In this document: in pieces, positions 1-11,510 of the stretch
Position numbering within the stretch: the first letter of the stretch is position 1
Layout: each line of letters opens with the position of its first letter
Assembly: GCA_028534125.1 (NCBI GenBank)
Contig: CM052817.1
Span: forward strand, 14,510,001-14,574,000
Length of the DNA stretch: 64,000 nt
Origin: Lama glama
Taxonomy: Eukaryota
Reading direction: 5' to 3'
The notes under the pieces: generated by a model
What the model was told of the DNA's origin: nothing
Seen by the model: the letters and a program-made list of their open reading frames with translations, nothing else
The model's database searches: none
Made by a program: the position numbers and the translations under genes

Positions 1-99
1 ACTATATAATGTTTTTCTTTTTTAAAAAGGGACAATTTAAGGAATAATGTTAGAACAAAGCATTGTTTTAAAGTATCTTTCTTAACAGCACCAATAAAA

Positions 100-778
100 T
101 TTTCTCTGGGATTAATATTACCCTGAGAGCTTTCCTATAAGCGATTATTCTTGATTATATATTTTATTTGCATAAAGAGTATTCTTGGCACTGAGTTCCA
201 CATAATGCTTCCTTCCCTTTGGTGACACGGTCATTAGGAAATTTGATGGATGGTTCAAAGCCTTGGGTCACCTTCTACTTTTTGGAGTGATCAGTGAAGT
301 GAGCAGTTTCCAAGAGTCAACTGTAGGAAAAATTCAACCCTTGGAGTCATTCAGGTTTGTCTCTCGCAGTTTAGCTGACTGATTTTTCCATCTTTCAATT
401 AGGGCAAGAAGCTTTCAAAAGAGGAAAATGTTAGCAGTTGTAACAAGACTTTTAAAAAGAAGTTCTTCTTGGAGTTCCTGCCTTCGGTTCTCGTCAGCTT
501 GTGGGTGATCATCTTTCTTATTACAGCTATTTAGACATTTTTTTCTCCCCCATGAGTCACTCTTCAGAAATGGCATTTCTCCATGATTGACAGGGACTGT
601 TGGCAAGTAAGTCATCTTGCTTTCAAGTACTGGTGTTTTTTGGGTTTTTTTTAACAAAATATTTCACTAATTTGGGCTTTGTTTGCAAAATATTATAATT
701 CATTCCATTAGGTGTATCTTCTTCCTCAGACAGCTCATCCAACTATGTGAGATCTTGGACAGATTTAATCAATCATTC
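100..778 (-). pseudogene. Large decayed coding-like segment, possible 3' exon (LDELSEEEDTPNGMNYNILQTKPKLVKYF.../MTYLPTVPVNHGEMPF...QEELLFKSL...)
   Basis: tttcttcatAG acceptor. K/E/N-rich frames continue through a few stops and a frameshift, including the 80-aa ORF-track hit 415-657. Not repeat-like. Confidence 0.45.
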
Positions 779-3307
779 TATGAAGAAACTGACTTTACCT
801 TGGAGTTGACCTCCGAGGCCCAGCTCTTTCAGTTTTGATTTTTTGTTTTTGTTTCCCTCCCCCAGCCACATACCACTCCTTCCACTATCTCTTGGGTTCC
901 TGAGACCACCTCTACTTTCCCATATTGGTTGGGAGTTTTCAGGACATCATTACTGCTTGGGAATTTTCAGATTGTTATTGCTAAACAGAAAATCAAATAG
1001 TATCTTTCTTATCTCCCTGTACACTTCTTTCTTCTTGTTTCCTTTGCCCAAAATAAGATCCTTACACTTAGCTTCATTCTTTCCTACTCTGCCTCTTCCT
1101 AATGTGTTCACAAATCCTCAAATTGCATAATGTATGTCTTGCCCTAATTAAGAAAACATAGGAAAGAAGTTTTCTGAGTGCTAAGGTCTTAGTAAGAAAG
1201 ACAGGAACACATATAATGCTTCAGAACTTAGCATGTATCCAAGTTAGATCTCAAGTAGGATGAACACGTATCTGAGAATCTTCAAGTGAATAGAACTATA
1301 ATCTCCATGGGAACATAAATTTCATCTATTTTGTTCTTCAGTTTATCCCCAAAATTTATTATAGTACATGGAACATAACATTCATCCAATAGCTATGTGT
1401 TGAGTAGAATGTATGAATAAAAGAAGGAAAGATGGAAAGAATTAAGTAGCAAAGAAGGAAACGAAAACTCCATTTTTGGCCGAATAAAAATGAACTATTT
1501 AAGCTGATGCATGGGATGAGGTCAGAGGAGGAGTAGAGAATGGAGCATGGAACTGGAACCTGATGTTAGCACCCAGCTCAGCACCATGAACACATATCCA
1601 AGATGGTTGGAGAGAAGAACCTCAAGTAGGGATGAAGAGCTGTTCTTTTGGGGAACTTTGTGAGATGGGAGGATACTTTGCCAAAGATGTGAGATGTTCT
1701 GGTTTATCTTTAATTCCAGGATGGCAAAGTGAGCAAAGAGATACTCTTTCCACTTCCAAAGAGACAAGGCATGGCTTCAGTACTGTAACTATCCACAGAA
1801 ATACAGCCTTGTATCACTACTTGGATGGTTTGTGACTTGGGGAGAATTGAAAACATGCGCTTGACTTGGGCATCAGTTGAGTCATGGTGAGGCCAGTGAA
1901 GAAGAAAAATAGATGATTGGAGCTTAAATGCAATACGTTGAGGTCCTCCCAGGAAAAACTGGGTTTGAATTTGAAAGGAGCTAGAATTCTTGGATTTTCT
2001 GAGTCAGTAAGAATGAGTCAATAAAATGTGCTTTTTACCATTCATGTGGCATTATTACTATCATTAATAAAGTAATTAATTCCGAAGCTATTTCCTAATG
2101 GCTACCATGGCCCAGGCACTGTGCGAGGTGCTACAAATACAAGTTAGTAGGACACAACCTCTGTCCTTAAGGTTCTTCCAGCAGGGTCTGTGTATAAGAA
2201 AAAGACCATTCAAGCAAGGTACAATGAGCACACACTGGCCACAGAGTATTGTGGGAACTCTTAGAGATGCACATGCTTGAGAGGCTCTTGGAAATGCAGA
2301 TGATAAAAGCAAGATTCAGAAGTCAAGCATACAGATGAAGACCAAGCCTCTGGTCATTGAGTCTATGTCTCAAGCATTCTTTTTGGAATCTAAAAGAACC
2401 CCACAGGCTAGAGTAATTCTGTAATTCCTTCAACGTGCTATGATGACAAAGATGTTTATAAAGTACCTCTCATTATGAAAATCCTTTTTAAATTAAGTCC
2501 CCAATTGGAAGTTCACCTACTACAGTAAATTGAATATAGGATTGACCTTTCCTCCTCCAAACAGTTCATTTATTATATCATAAGTTAGAACAGTAGGGAA
2601 TGAATTATTGAGCAAATACCAACTACAGTTAACCTTGACCTGATATAAATCTATCTTTTTTTTTTCTTAACCTTGTAAATGCATTCTGTAGAGCTGGTTA
2701 TCCAATTCAAAATTTTTGAGCCAAAACACCTTTCACCCCTGGCAGTGCTGGAATCAGAGTAAAACCACTGCACACACAGTCCTCTCAGTACCAGAGAGCA
2801 CATTCATTATTCTTGTTGAGCACATGACATCTGTCAAACAGAGTGAGTTAAATATTTCTACAAGTCACTCATCAAATAATGAGATTGTTAAGACATCCAG
2901 GCAATGCACAAAAGAAGCATGCTTCCATTTTCATAATTGATTTGTTCAGTCATGAATACCCAGAGCAGCAGCAGAGAAAACAGTGAGCAATCTGGTGCAG
3001 AGAAAATAATTAAAAGAAGTCGAATATCATAAGTGTTCAGAGAAACATCAGTGGCTGGGGTCTCATGTAATTTTCACATGTCATCATTCCAGATTAAGCA
3101 ATTATTGTAAGATAATGTCATCTAATGAAATATGAGAAATGTAGGCACTCTGTGAGTTTCTTAAAGGAACTACACCAAATCATTTATTTTACCATTTAAT
3201 AACCCATGGGCCACTACTGATTTACTGAGCGATGTAGCTAATTAAGATTCAGAAACAACAGACTCAGGATCAAAGAAGCTACCTAAATTCATCTAAGTCA
3301 AGCTTAC

Positions 3308-3329
3308 CTCTTCTCTCATTTCAGTAATG
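3308..3329 (-). pseudogene. Candidate 22-nt micro-exon (ITEMREE)
   Basis: ctgtttattttaaAG acceptor, GAG|GTAAGC donor. Confidence 0.3.
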
Positions 3330-3489
3330 CTTTAAAATAAACAGGGACCCATATGCCTAGAGTCATCAAAGAGTCTAATGAATATCTAATAAAAATACTT
3401 CCTATTAGGCCAGAGATTGACACTAAACAATATAGAGTTAAAAGAAACTTAAAACCTACTCTTATTTATCTACAAGAATCTCCAAACAT

Positions 3490-3810
3490 CTTTATTCATT
3501 CATGTCCAATACGATACGAGTCCTTACTGGGTACCATTCATTCTCCCAGTCACCATGGATATGCAAATATAAAAAAGGACATTATGTCCCTCTTCCTCAA
3601 AGATCTGGCTATATTTCAGATGAGAGAGAAAAGTATATAGTGACAAAAATACCAAGTAGTGTTATCACAAAGGGGAGGTAAAAAGAACAGAGAAGCTATG
3701 AGGAAGGCTTCACAGAGGAGGTGATAATTGAACTTGACCTTGGCAGACAGAGAACCTGAGGAAGAACATTCCAGGAAGAGAGAAGCCTGAGCAAGGACAC
3801 TGAGTAGAAT
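3490..3810 (-). mobile_element. L2 LINE fragment
   Basis: ttcattcat start followed by typical antisense L2 sequence (gaggaaggcttcacagaggaggtga...gaacattccagg). Confidence 0.7.
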
Positions 3811-3849
3811 TTGTGGAGACGTGTCCAGTTCCCCTTGGGAAAAAGAACG

Positions 3850-4120
3850 GCTCAACAGTCAAGGCCGGAAGCTCAGGAGACAGACAATCCAGGCTTAAAC
3901 CCCAGCCTTGTCATTTGCTAACTGGACAATCTTGTCAGGTACTACTTGGATACCTCACTTCATCTCTCTGTGCCTTGGTTTTGTGTAAAATGGGGACAAT
4001 GGTAGTAAGTTGGGAATAGCACTGGTCTGAGGATTGAGGGAGTCGCTATCCGTAACCCACTTCTAATAGTGCTGAGCACACGGTAAGTTCTGCACAGGGG
4101 CTGGCTCTTAGCATCTGTCA
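3850..4120 (+). mobile_element. MIR SINE
   Basis: Core ...ctctctgtgccttggttttgtgtaaaatgggga...gtgctgagcacacggtaag. Confidence 0.75.
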
Positions 4121-4727
4121 TTAGCAACAGAGTCACTTCTTTCTCGCAGGCTCTCCTGCCAGGTTTCTGATTTCTCAGGTCACCATGGGGATTTACGTTT
4201 AGGGAAAGTGAGAGCATAGTTACTACAAGCTGAGTGGTCTTAGCCAATGATTGGAAGAAAGGGAATAAAATGATGAGGTGGGGTGGAAGACCCCCATGAC
4301 TTGGAAGAGGGTGGTATCCAATGTGAAGTCTACGGATGAAGAAAAATGTGGTTGCCTAGTGAATCCAGTAGTTATTTTCTGGTAAAATAATCTACAAAAA
4401 TTGTCCTACAGGATGTTGAAACAGAATCTCAAATGCAGGAGGTTAAGATTAGGAAAGGGTTCTTTTTCCCTCCGCCAAGTAGAATACATTTTTCCCCAGG
4501 ATCTTCTAGGATTGGGAGAATGCGGGGAGCCACTCATGACCTGAGGGCTGCCGAGCACAGAAACTGGGCCTAAACTCCCAGAGTGCGGGGCGTCAGGCTC
4601 TAAGGCTGACTGAGCAAAGACAATCTCTGTCCCGCCACCCCTTTGTTAGAAAAACAGCAGGTGCATTTGGAGTCGGAAAAACATCTTGATGCCATTGAGT
4701 TATTAAGAACAGGGGCTTCTGGAAAGA

Positions 4728-4827
4728 NNNNNNNNNNNNNNNNNNNNNNNNNNNNNNNNNNNNNNNNNNNNNNNNNNNNNNNNNNNNNNNNNNNNNNNNN
4801 NNNNNNNNNNNNNNNNNNNNNNNNNNN
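4728..4827. other. Assembly gap (100 N)
   Basis: Run of N. Confidence 1.
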
Positions 4828-4948
4828 AGGCTAGAGTGAGACCCTCTCCCCCACCTTTTAGTCTTGTCTTCCTTTTAATCTTGTCTTTCTTTTCTCAGTC
4901 CTGCAGCACAGATTTCTGGACCTGATCGATTGTCGGCTGGCTCCGACA
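4828..4948 (+). mobile_element. 3' end (U5) of a young ERV LTR, probably ERV2/ERVK-like; remainder in the gap
   Basis: Pyrimidine-rich U5-like stretch ending ...gtcggctggctccgaCA with intact CpGs, abutting the gap. Confidence 0.5.
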
Positions 4949-5164
4949 GGAGAAGGGGCATCTCAAATGCCCAAAACGCCCAAAACTAAGATGAAAACAT
5001 GATCAAATCCGACACACCGCTCCATGTTACGGAGTGTCCGTGACTGGCCTTGGTCATCAGCACAGTTCTCAACTGCTGTGACATATTTAGGATGACAGTT
5101 TCTCCTCCCAGAGCCAGTTTTCAGGGAACACAGTGTGTTGCAACAGCTCTGATCTCTAGGGAGA

Positions 5165-5280
5165 TGGAAGCATGCACCGAATACCACGCCGTCCTCACGC
5201 CAGCATCGCGGCGGCTCTGCGCAGGCCCGAGAGGACGCTTCCGCCTCGCCGAGCGCATCCCCAGTTTCCTCGCTCAGAGG
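5165..5280. promoter_or_regulatory. Small CpG-rich promoter-like patch with NRF1-like (tgcgcaggc) and ETS-like (cttccgcc) motifs
   Basis: Dense CpG cluster in an otherwise CpG-depleted window. Confidence 0.5.
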
Positions 5281-6307
5281 TTGCTTTCAGTTCTGTTCAG
5301 CTACTCACCAGCCTCCTGACCAACCAGTCACAAGAACCAGCGACCTCTTGTGTCCTGAAGGGATACGTTATTCTTGATCCACTTTCTAAAACGCACTACT
5401 GAATTCCTTAATTTAAATTCAGATTCCGAGTTGCAACATCAAATATCTGCAGAAGCCAAACAAGCAACATAAACATGTAAAAGGGTAAGTACTGCGCCAT
5501 AGGTGCTAATCTGCTGTGTTGCAACCAAATAGCCACCAAACTGTGCTTCAAAACACTGTACACATCAAATGAAGCTGTCAGACAAGGAACTACAGCTGGC
5601 TCTCAGGCTACCTACTTTCAACTCCTATAAAATTTCCTGCCTTGATTTTGTCACCTCTTGATTCTCCTCCTGAACCTCCACTTTCCTCCCCTAGAATGGC
5701 CAGGGAAGACAATCATGTGCCTTTGGAAAGAGTGGGATGATGGTGACCCTGAACCCCTAAAGAGAGTGTGCTGCAGGAAGGAAAGCCAAGAGAAAGAATC
5801 TGGAAGAGTCCCCACTGGCTATGTCCCTTGATCAAGTCCCTCAAGCTCATCGCATCTTCCATTTCCTCACCTGTAAAATCAAAATAACAAACATTATAGG
5901 ACTTGACTGCCATAAAGGATTTTTTCAGGGGCAAAAGCAAGCAATGAGCATGTTTTAATTATCATCATGATGCCCAGGAGAGAGAGAGGAGGCAGCCTTG
6001 ACGGCAACTCTAAGACTAAGGCAACTTTAAAGAAAACCTTTTTATTCCAGAGCTCCTGACAAATTACCCTTTTATCTCCTCTCATGGGACCCACAATGCT
6101 CCAGTTTCACAAACTCCAAAGTAATAATAATGACTGTGTGATCTAGTCAAATTCTCCCATCCTTTAACTAAATCCCAGCAGGGAGGAAGGGACTAATCTC
6201 TTTATCCCACACACATACACATACCTCTCCAGGAATATTACTAGCTTGTTTTTGCATCAGTGTTGGAAAAACTAAAAAGTGTGTTTAGGTAACAACTATC
6301 TCCTTAC

Positions 6308-6429
6308 CTTTTCCAAACACACTGCTTTTCAGACACTTGATTTATAGATCTCCTTTTGGTTTTCTTTCACCCACTGTAGAATTGTGCGTTTATTTTTAGA
6401 CTGGATGTATTCTTAGCAGATGTTGCCCT
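6308..6429 (-). pseudogene. Relic exon (GNIC*EYIQSKNKRTILQWVKENQKEIYKSSV*KAVCLEK)
   Basis: ctcgacAG acceptor, AAG|GTAAGG donor, purine-rich coding-like composition. Confidence 0.55.
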
Positions 6430-6939
6430 CTGTCGAGATCCACATATAACAATTAAGGGAAAGTTGAAGAAGTACATTTAATGGTATTTGAAAGCAACTA
6501 TATCTTTCTTTTTTACCTTCTAATGTAGTAAAATAAACACAGAAATGATATGTATATCATATAAGAGGTAATATTTAAGATCAAATGAGAGCATTAAAAA
6601 TTCCTACTGTCAACATGGACCTATACATAAGAGGCTGAAATTGAACCCAAATATATCTGTAATACAAAGATGTATATTAATCTCATCAATCTCCTACAGT
6701 AAGAAAAAAGTAATGTCCAGGTGTCTTGTCACAGAGTCATAAACTTGAATGACACCTCAAACAATCATACTGCCTTCAGATGTGACTATGTCTGAGCCAT
6801 CAAGGTATCTTGTTCTAATCAAATTAGAGATAGTTAATAATCACTGGGGTCTGCCTATGGGAGACACTCTTTTATTAAAACAGTCTCATGTAAAGGACTC
6901 TGAAACATTACTGCTCCAAGGTTTTACATCTTCCCGTAT

Positions 6940-7330
6940 CCGTGCCTTTTTGTAATTGACTTGCATACTGACTGGCTTGGCATATGACTTGCAGTAGAAA
7001 ATGGGACTTTAAGAAATGATGCAGGCAGCAACTTGGAAAAGTGCTTGAGTATTTCTGCTCCTCTCTTGCACCCCTGTCTCTTCCTTGAGAAGGGACCTAA
7101 GCTAGCCTGCTGGAGATGACATGGAGTAGAAAGGAATCATCCCAACATAGAATCTCCCTAGACTAGTCAGCCCCCAGTAAACCCATGGGCTACCTGTAGG
7201 CACATAAGCAAATCAACTGATATAAGTCAGCTTGATCCAGACCTACAGACCGAGAAATAACAAATTACTGTTTTATGCCACAATGGGTTTTTGTTTTTTG
7301 TTTTTCGGGGAGAGGGGAGTGACTTGTTAT
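6940..7330 (+). mobile_element. MaLR (MLT1-type) LTR
   Basis: 3' motif gagaaataacaaattactgttttatgccac...gtgacttgttat. Confidence 0.6.
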
Positions 7331-7455
7331 CTAGTCACAAGTTCTGTTAGAGTGAACTTACTTAATTTCTGAAGGATAAAATAAGAATTATATAACCTTC
7401 ATTATTAGACTATTCTAATACTTGGACATCTGGCTCCTAAGGAGTCCTTCCTTAC

Positions 7456-7736
7456 CATAACCTTAATCTTTGAGTGTCTTCTGCCCTCGGTGGAGACACG
7501 AATCAGTATCTGCCTTAAGAAGTCCTTCAGCAGCTGAAGGCACGATCTAGAAATGTCAGGAAGGGTGCCTGAATACTGACTCACACTTGGGACTTCTCTT
7601 CATTGGAACAGATCATTGTTAGCTATTGAGACTTCCTTTATATTTTACTTTGTTTTACACTTCTTTACAAACTCTTCATTTTAATTTTTGCAGCTCTCTA
7701 CTAAGAGTCACTTCATTTCTCCCCAACAATCTCCAT
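7456..7736 (-). pseudogene. Relic exon (...EVPSVSQYSGTLPDISRSCLQLLKDFLRQILIRVSTEGRRHSKIKVM)
   Basis: Poly-T tract (7741-7760) with an apparently mutated acceptor (ttAA), ATG|GTAAGG donor. The 3' half is open. Confidence 0.5.
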
Positions 7737-8769
7737 TAAGAAAAAATAAAAAAAAAAAAGAAACTTTTAACCAGACATCTGATAGTTCACAACAGTAATC
7801 TGTGTTTGGTCTATCCTGTCCAAAACTTTATAATCTATTTATTGTAAATAAAGACTCAGATTTATTTACCAAATGTGCAAAATTAAGAGTAGTGGCTCTT
7901 ATGTTGGGCACAGACTCAGAATTCAAATAAATAACTAACTAAATAATTTCAACAGGACAGAAGCAGCAAAACTTTTTTTAAATGTATTTGATTTTTCCTT
8001 CATGGCCAAAGGGGAAAAAGCTGTAAACTTGACAGACAAGAGAGGGGACTTGTTGTTTGCTTGGTAGGTATAATTAAATCATCATTCAGAACTACTATGT
8101 CAGTTTATACGTCTCCTATATAAATGGTGTGTGATTCATGTAGTATATGACTTCTCCCCACCTCCAAAAAAACAAAAATTCTAAAATATTTAAAATTTAA
8201 CGTTTCTGTTTATAATAGCTATTAGCAGTGCTACATAATTTTATACTACTTGATGTAAGCTCTTCTTGTTCCAAGGAAATAATTAATGCCCCTTAAATTC
8301 AGCTATAACACTGATGTAGTTCTGTTATGTTTACAATAAATTGGAAATAATTTACATCTCTAATAATTGATGAGTGGCTAATAAATTATGTTAAATTATG
8401 ATATGCCTGCACAGCCAAATATTATATGGTCTTATTTAGTAAGAATATTTTCTGATAAGGGAAAGTATACTGTAAAATAATTCAGGTTAAAATATCTGAG
8501 TGATTATCCCCTTTTAGTTTTATATGTATATATATATATATTTACACATACGAATGAAAAGTCTAGAAGATTATGTATTAAAATGCTGTGTAGATAAGAG
8601 AATTTGAATAGGTTTTTTGGCTTATCTATATTATTTAAATATGTGCAATAAATATGAGCTACTTTTTAATTAGAAAGTTACTTGCCGAGTGAAGAATGGG
8701 TAGAGACTAAATCTAACAGCATTTCATGAAAAAAGGTTCTAGAAATTGTAGCTGATCACACATCCAATT

Positions 8770-9150
8770 TTCATTTAGTCAACAGATATTTATCGTTTTC
8801 TATATTTCATGTACCCAAGATATGCAGCAGAGAACAAAACGGTCTCATGCCTCATAAAGCAGACATTTTGTGAAGGAGACAGACAATTCATACATAAAAT
8901 AATTATGTATCAGGTGATAATAGTTGTATGAAAAATAAAAGCCATGTAAGGAGCGAGAGAGTCAAAGGGGAAACATGGCTTCAGTCGGGGTGACTGAGGA
9001 GGTGACATTTGAAGAGGATGAAGCGAGAAAGGGGCCACAGGAACACCTGAGGAAAGAGCTTTCCGGGCAGTGAGAATGGCAAGTTCAAAGGCCCTAAAGG
9101 AACAGGGTTCTTTATTAGAAGTTGTCAGTGAGGCTGTCAGATAAAAACAA
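8770..9150 (-). mobile_element. L2 LINE fragment
   Basis: cattagtcaacagatatttat...gaggaggtgacatttga...ggcaagttcaaaggccct. Confidence 0.7.
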
Positions 9151-9234
9151 AGGGTATTTCAGATTTCAGGAACGGAACAGTAAGGAATCAGTGTGGCCCT
9201 GTAATTTTCACAGGTCACACTTCCTTCAGGACCC

Positions 9235-9680
9235 TGTGCTGTATTCATTTCCTGGTAGCACATTTTAATGAGGAGCCTTGAAGAATTAGAGCAAGTAAAG
9301 AGGAAAGTGGTCAGGATAATGAGGGGCTCCAGAAATGGTGTCACTTGAGAACAGCAGGAAATGTGGCTGCTTAATTGAGGAAAAAGAAGACCCGATACGG
9401 AAAGGAGAGGGCTGTCATCTAGTCATGACAAACTTACTCTGTTTGGCTTCAGAGAGCAAAAGCAGAATGAAAATTACAAGCAGACTTTAGCCAAGTATAA
9501 TCAAGCACCTAATAACTAAGGTTCTCCTAAAAATGAATATTAGCGTTGAGTCCTAGTCCTGCCACTATTGAGCACCACTTGTAATGAGATCCTATGGGGT
9601 TAGTCTTTTCCATCAATATGACCTCTTGATCCAGATTCTCACTCTGCTTTGCAGATGACACAGCAGTTAGCCTGGGCGAT
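9235..9680 (+). mobile_element. L3/CR1 LINE fragments
   Basis: CR1 3' motif (gcacattttaa...gtggtcaggataatgaggggctcc...aagaagac) and RT motif tttgcagatgacac (FADDT). Confidence 0.6.
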
Positions 9681-10669
9681 GAAGGCTTCCCAGAGCATGG
9701 CATCACTCCTAATGGGTACCATTCTGGTGGACACCATTACACCATCTTGTACTTGATTCATGGAACGATATAGCTGAAATTCCACAGGCCACTCCGCAGA
9801 AAACATCTGAATCTATAGAATCTCAGCATCTCGAGCTGGAACAGGACCAAGACATCCTGCAGGCAAAGGCCATTCCTGACTGGGGGCGAAAGAGGGAGGT
9901 GTCAACTGCCCTCTCAGCACGTGTAGGGGTGGAGGCATCTGGCTTCTAATTCAGCAGCAGATTGGGTTATTTAACAAATGCTTAAGTGAGCAAATGATGG
10001 TTCTATTTTGATAGGTGTTAATCAAAGCTATTGTCACAGAAGCAGAGTCTTTTGCTACAATCTGTTCTTTGATAAATGTGCAAAAAACATCCTGGGGACC
10101 TTTCTTCTAGTAATAACACTGCCTGAAATCTGAGGTGTGAATGGAAGGTATTCAGAGAACGATTTTTAAAAATATTTTAACAAAAACATCACACCTCCAC
10201 ACTTCAATAAGAACTGTTACTTTACTATTATTTTCCAAGAAACATGGAGAGCTTACATTCTGAGGCACAAGATTCTCCATTGGGCTCTTGTAAATTATAT
10301 CCCATAAACATATCCCCATCACCTTGCACAGGGCCTGAAATAAAGTAGGTTCTCGATAAGTGACTGTTGAATGAAAAAATGGAGAAAATTACCATACTTA
10401 ACAGACCACACATCATTCCAGCAGCACTGAGGATTCTCGGAACATTTTGGAACTCTGCATTAGAATTTAACTCCAATATTTTTGTTTTAACTTTCTTTAA
10501 TGGTTATGAAGTTTTATCCTTGGATGTTCTACTTTCAAATCTCCAAATAGATGGTCAAGTTGGTAACAGGGCTTTAAAGTTTAAACAGGACTGAATTTAA
10601 AATAAGGGAATGTGATTCCTTAGTGCCTTCCAGAATGGGAGGTGCGTACCTATCCTCAAAACATACCAC

Positions 10670-11510
10670 ACCCGAGCCTTTATCTCATCCACGCTACCAC
10701 AGCTCCAGCACCAGCCGTCATCATCTTCTGCCTGAAATACTGCAATGTCCCCTTAAAATGTCTTGTTTCTAGTGTTTTCTTCTTCCGTTTCATAGGTTGA
10801 GAGCCCACAAGCAAAACTGTTCATGTCCAGGCTCTGACATTCACTAGTTTTATAATCTAAAACAATTACTTAATCTTTCTAAGGCTCAGGTCAGTTTTAT
10901 AACCTGTAAAATGGAGATAATAGAAGGACCAGCTTAACGTCATTTCCCAATGATTAGCTGACATGATACAGATATGCTCAAATGCTGACCATTAGTATTA
11001 TGTCATTCCCATAACAATTTTTGAGCAGCTTCCTTACCGATGGTTAAAAATTAAACACCTTGACATGGGTTCAATGCGTCTCATGACCTGAACTTCAGGT
11101 CCAATCCCATGTTGACTCATTCCTCCATCTTCCTACCATCTCCCTCCTTCCCACCCCACAAGCTCTAACCCAGCAGATAGCTCACATCCCTGTTACTTCA
11201 TGAATCGCTCTGATGCTCACTGACTTGCTGTTCCCTTCTTCTGAAATTCCTTCTCCTGAAATGCCCTCATCCCATTTCTTTACCTGATGAGGAGTGTCTG
11301 CTCATCCATCCAATTATCAACTCAAAAGCCATGGCCTCCTGGAGCCTCCACTTTATGCTAATTACTTATTTACACTTTGGTCATCTCCCTGGACTGTGAG
11401 CAGCGCAGGCAGTCATAGATCTTGTTTCCCTCTGTACCCCCAGTGCTCAGCTCGCAGCCTGGAAATAACAGGCTTGCCAAATAAATTTAAAGATTATTCC
11501 AAAAGAATGA
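10670..11510 (+). mobile_element. L2 fragments interrupted by a MIR (~10800-11010)
   Basis: L2 body motifs and MIR core acctgtaaaatggagataatag. Confidence 0.6.

Noticed and set aside
9600..9775. Minus-strand open frame LYRSMNQVQDGVMV... as an exon
   Set aside because: Overlaps an L3/CR1 RT relic (FADDT) on the plus strand.
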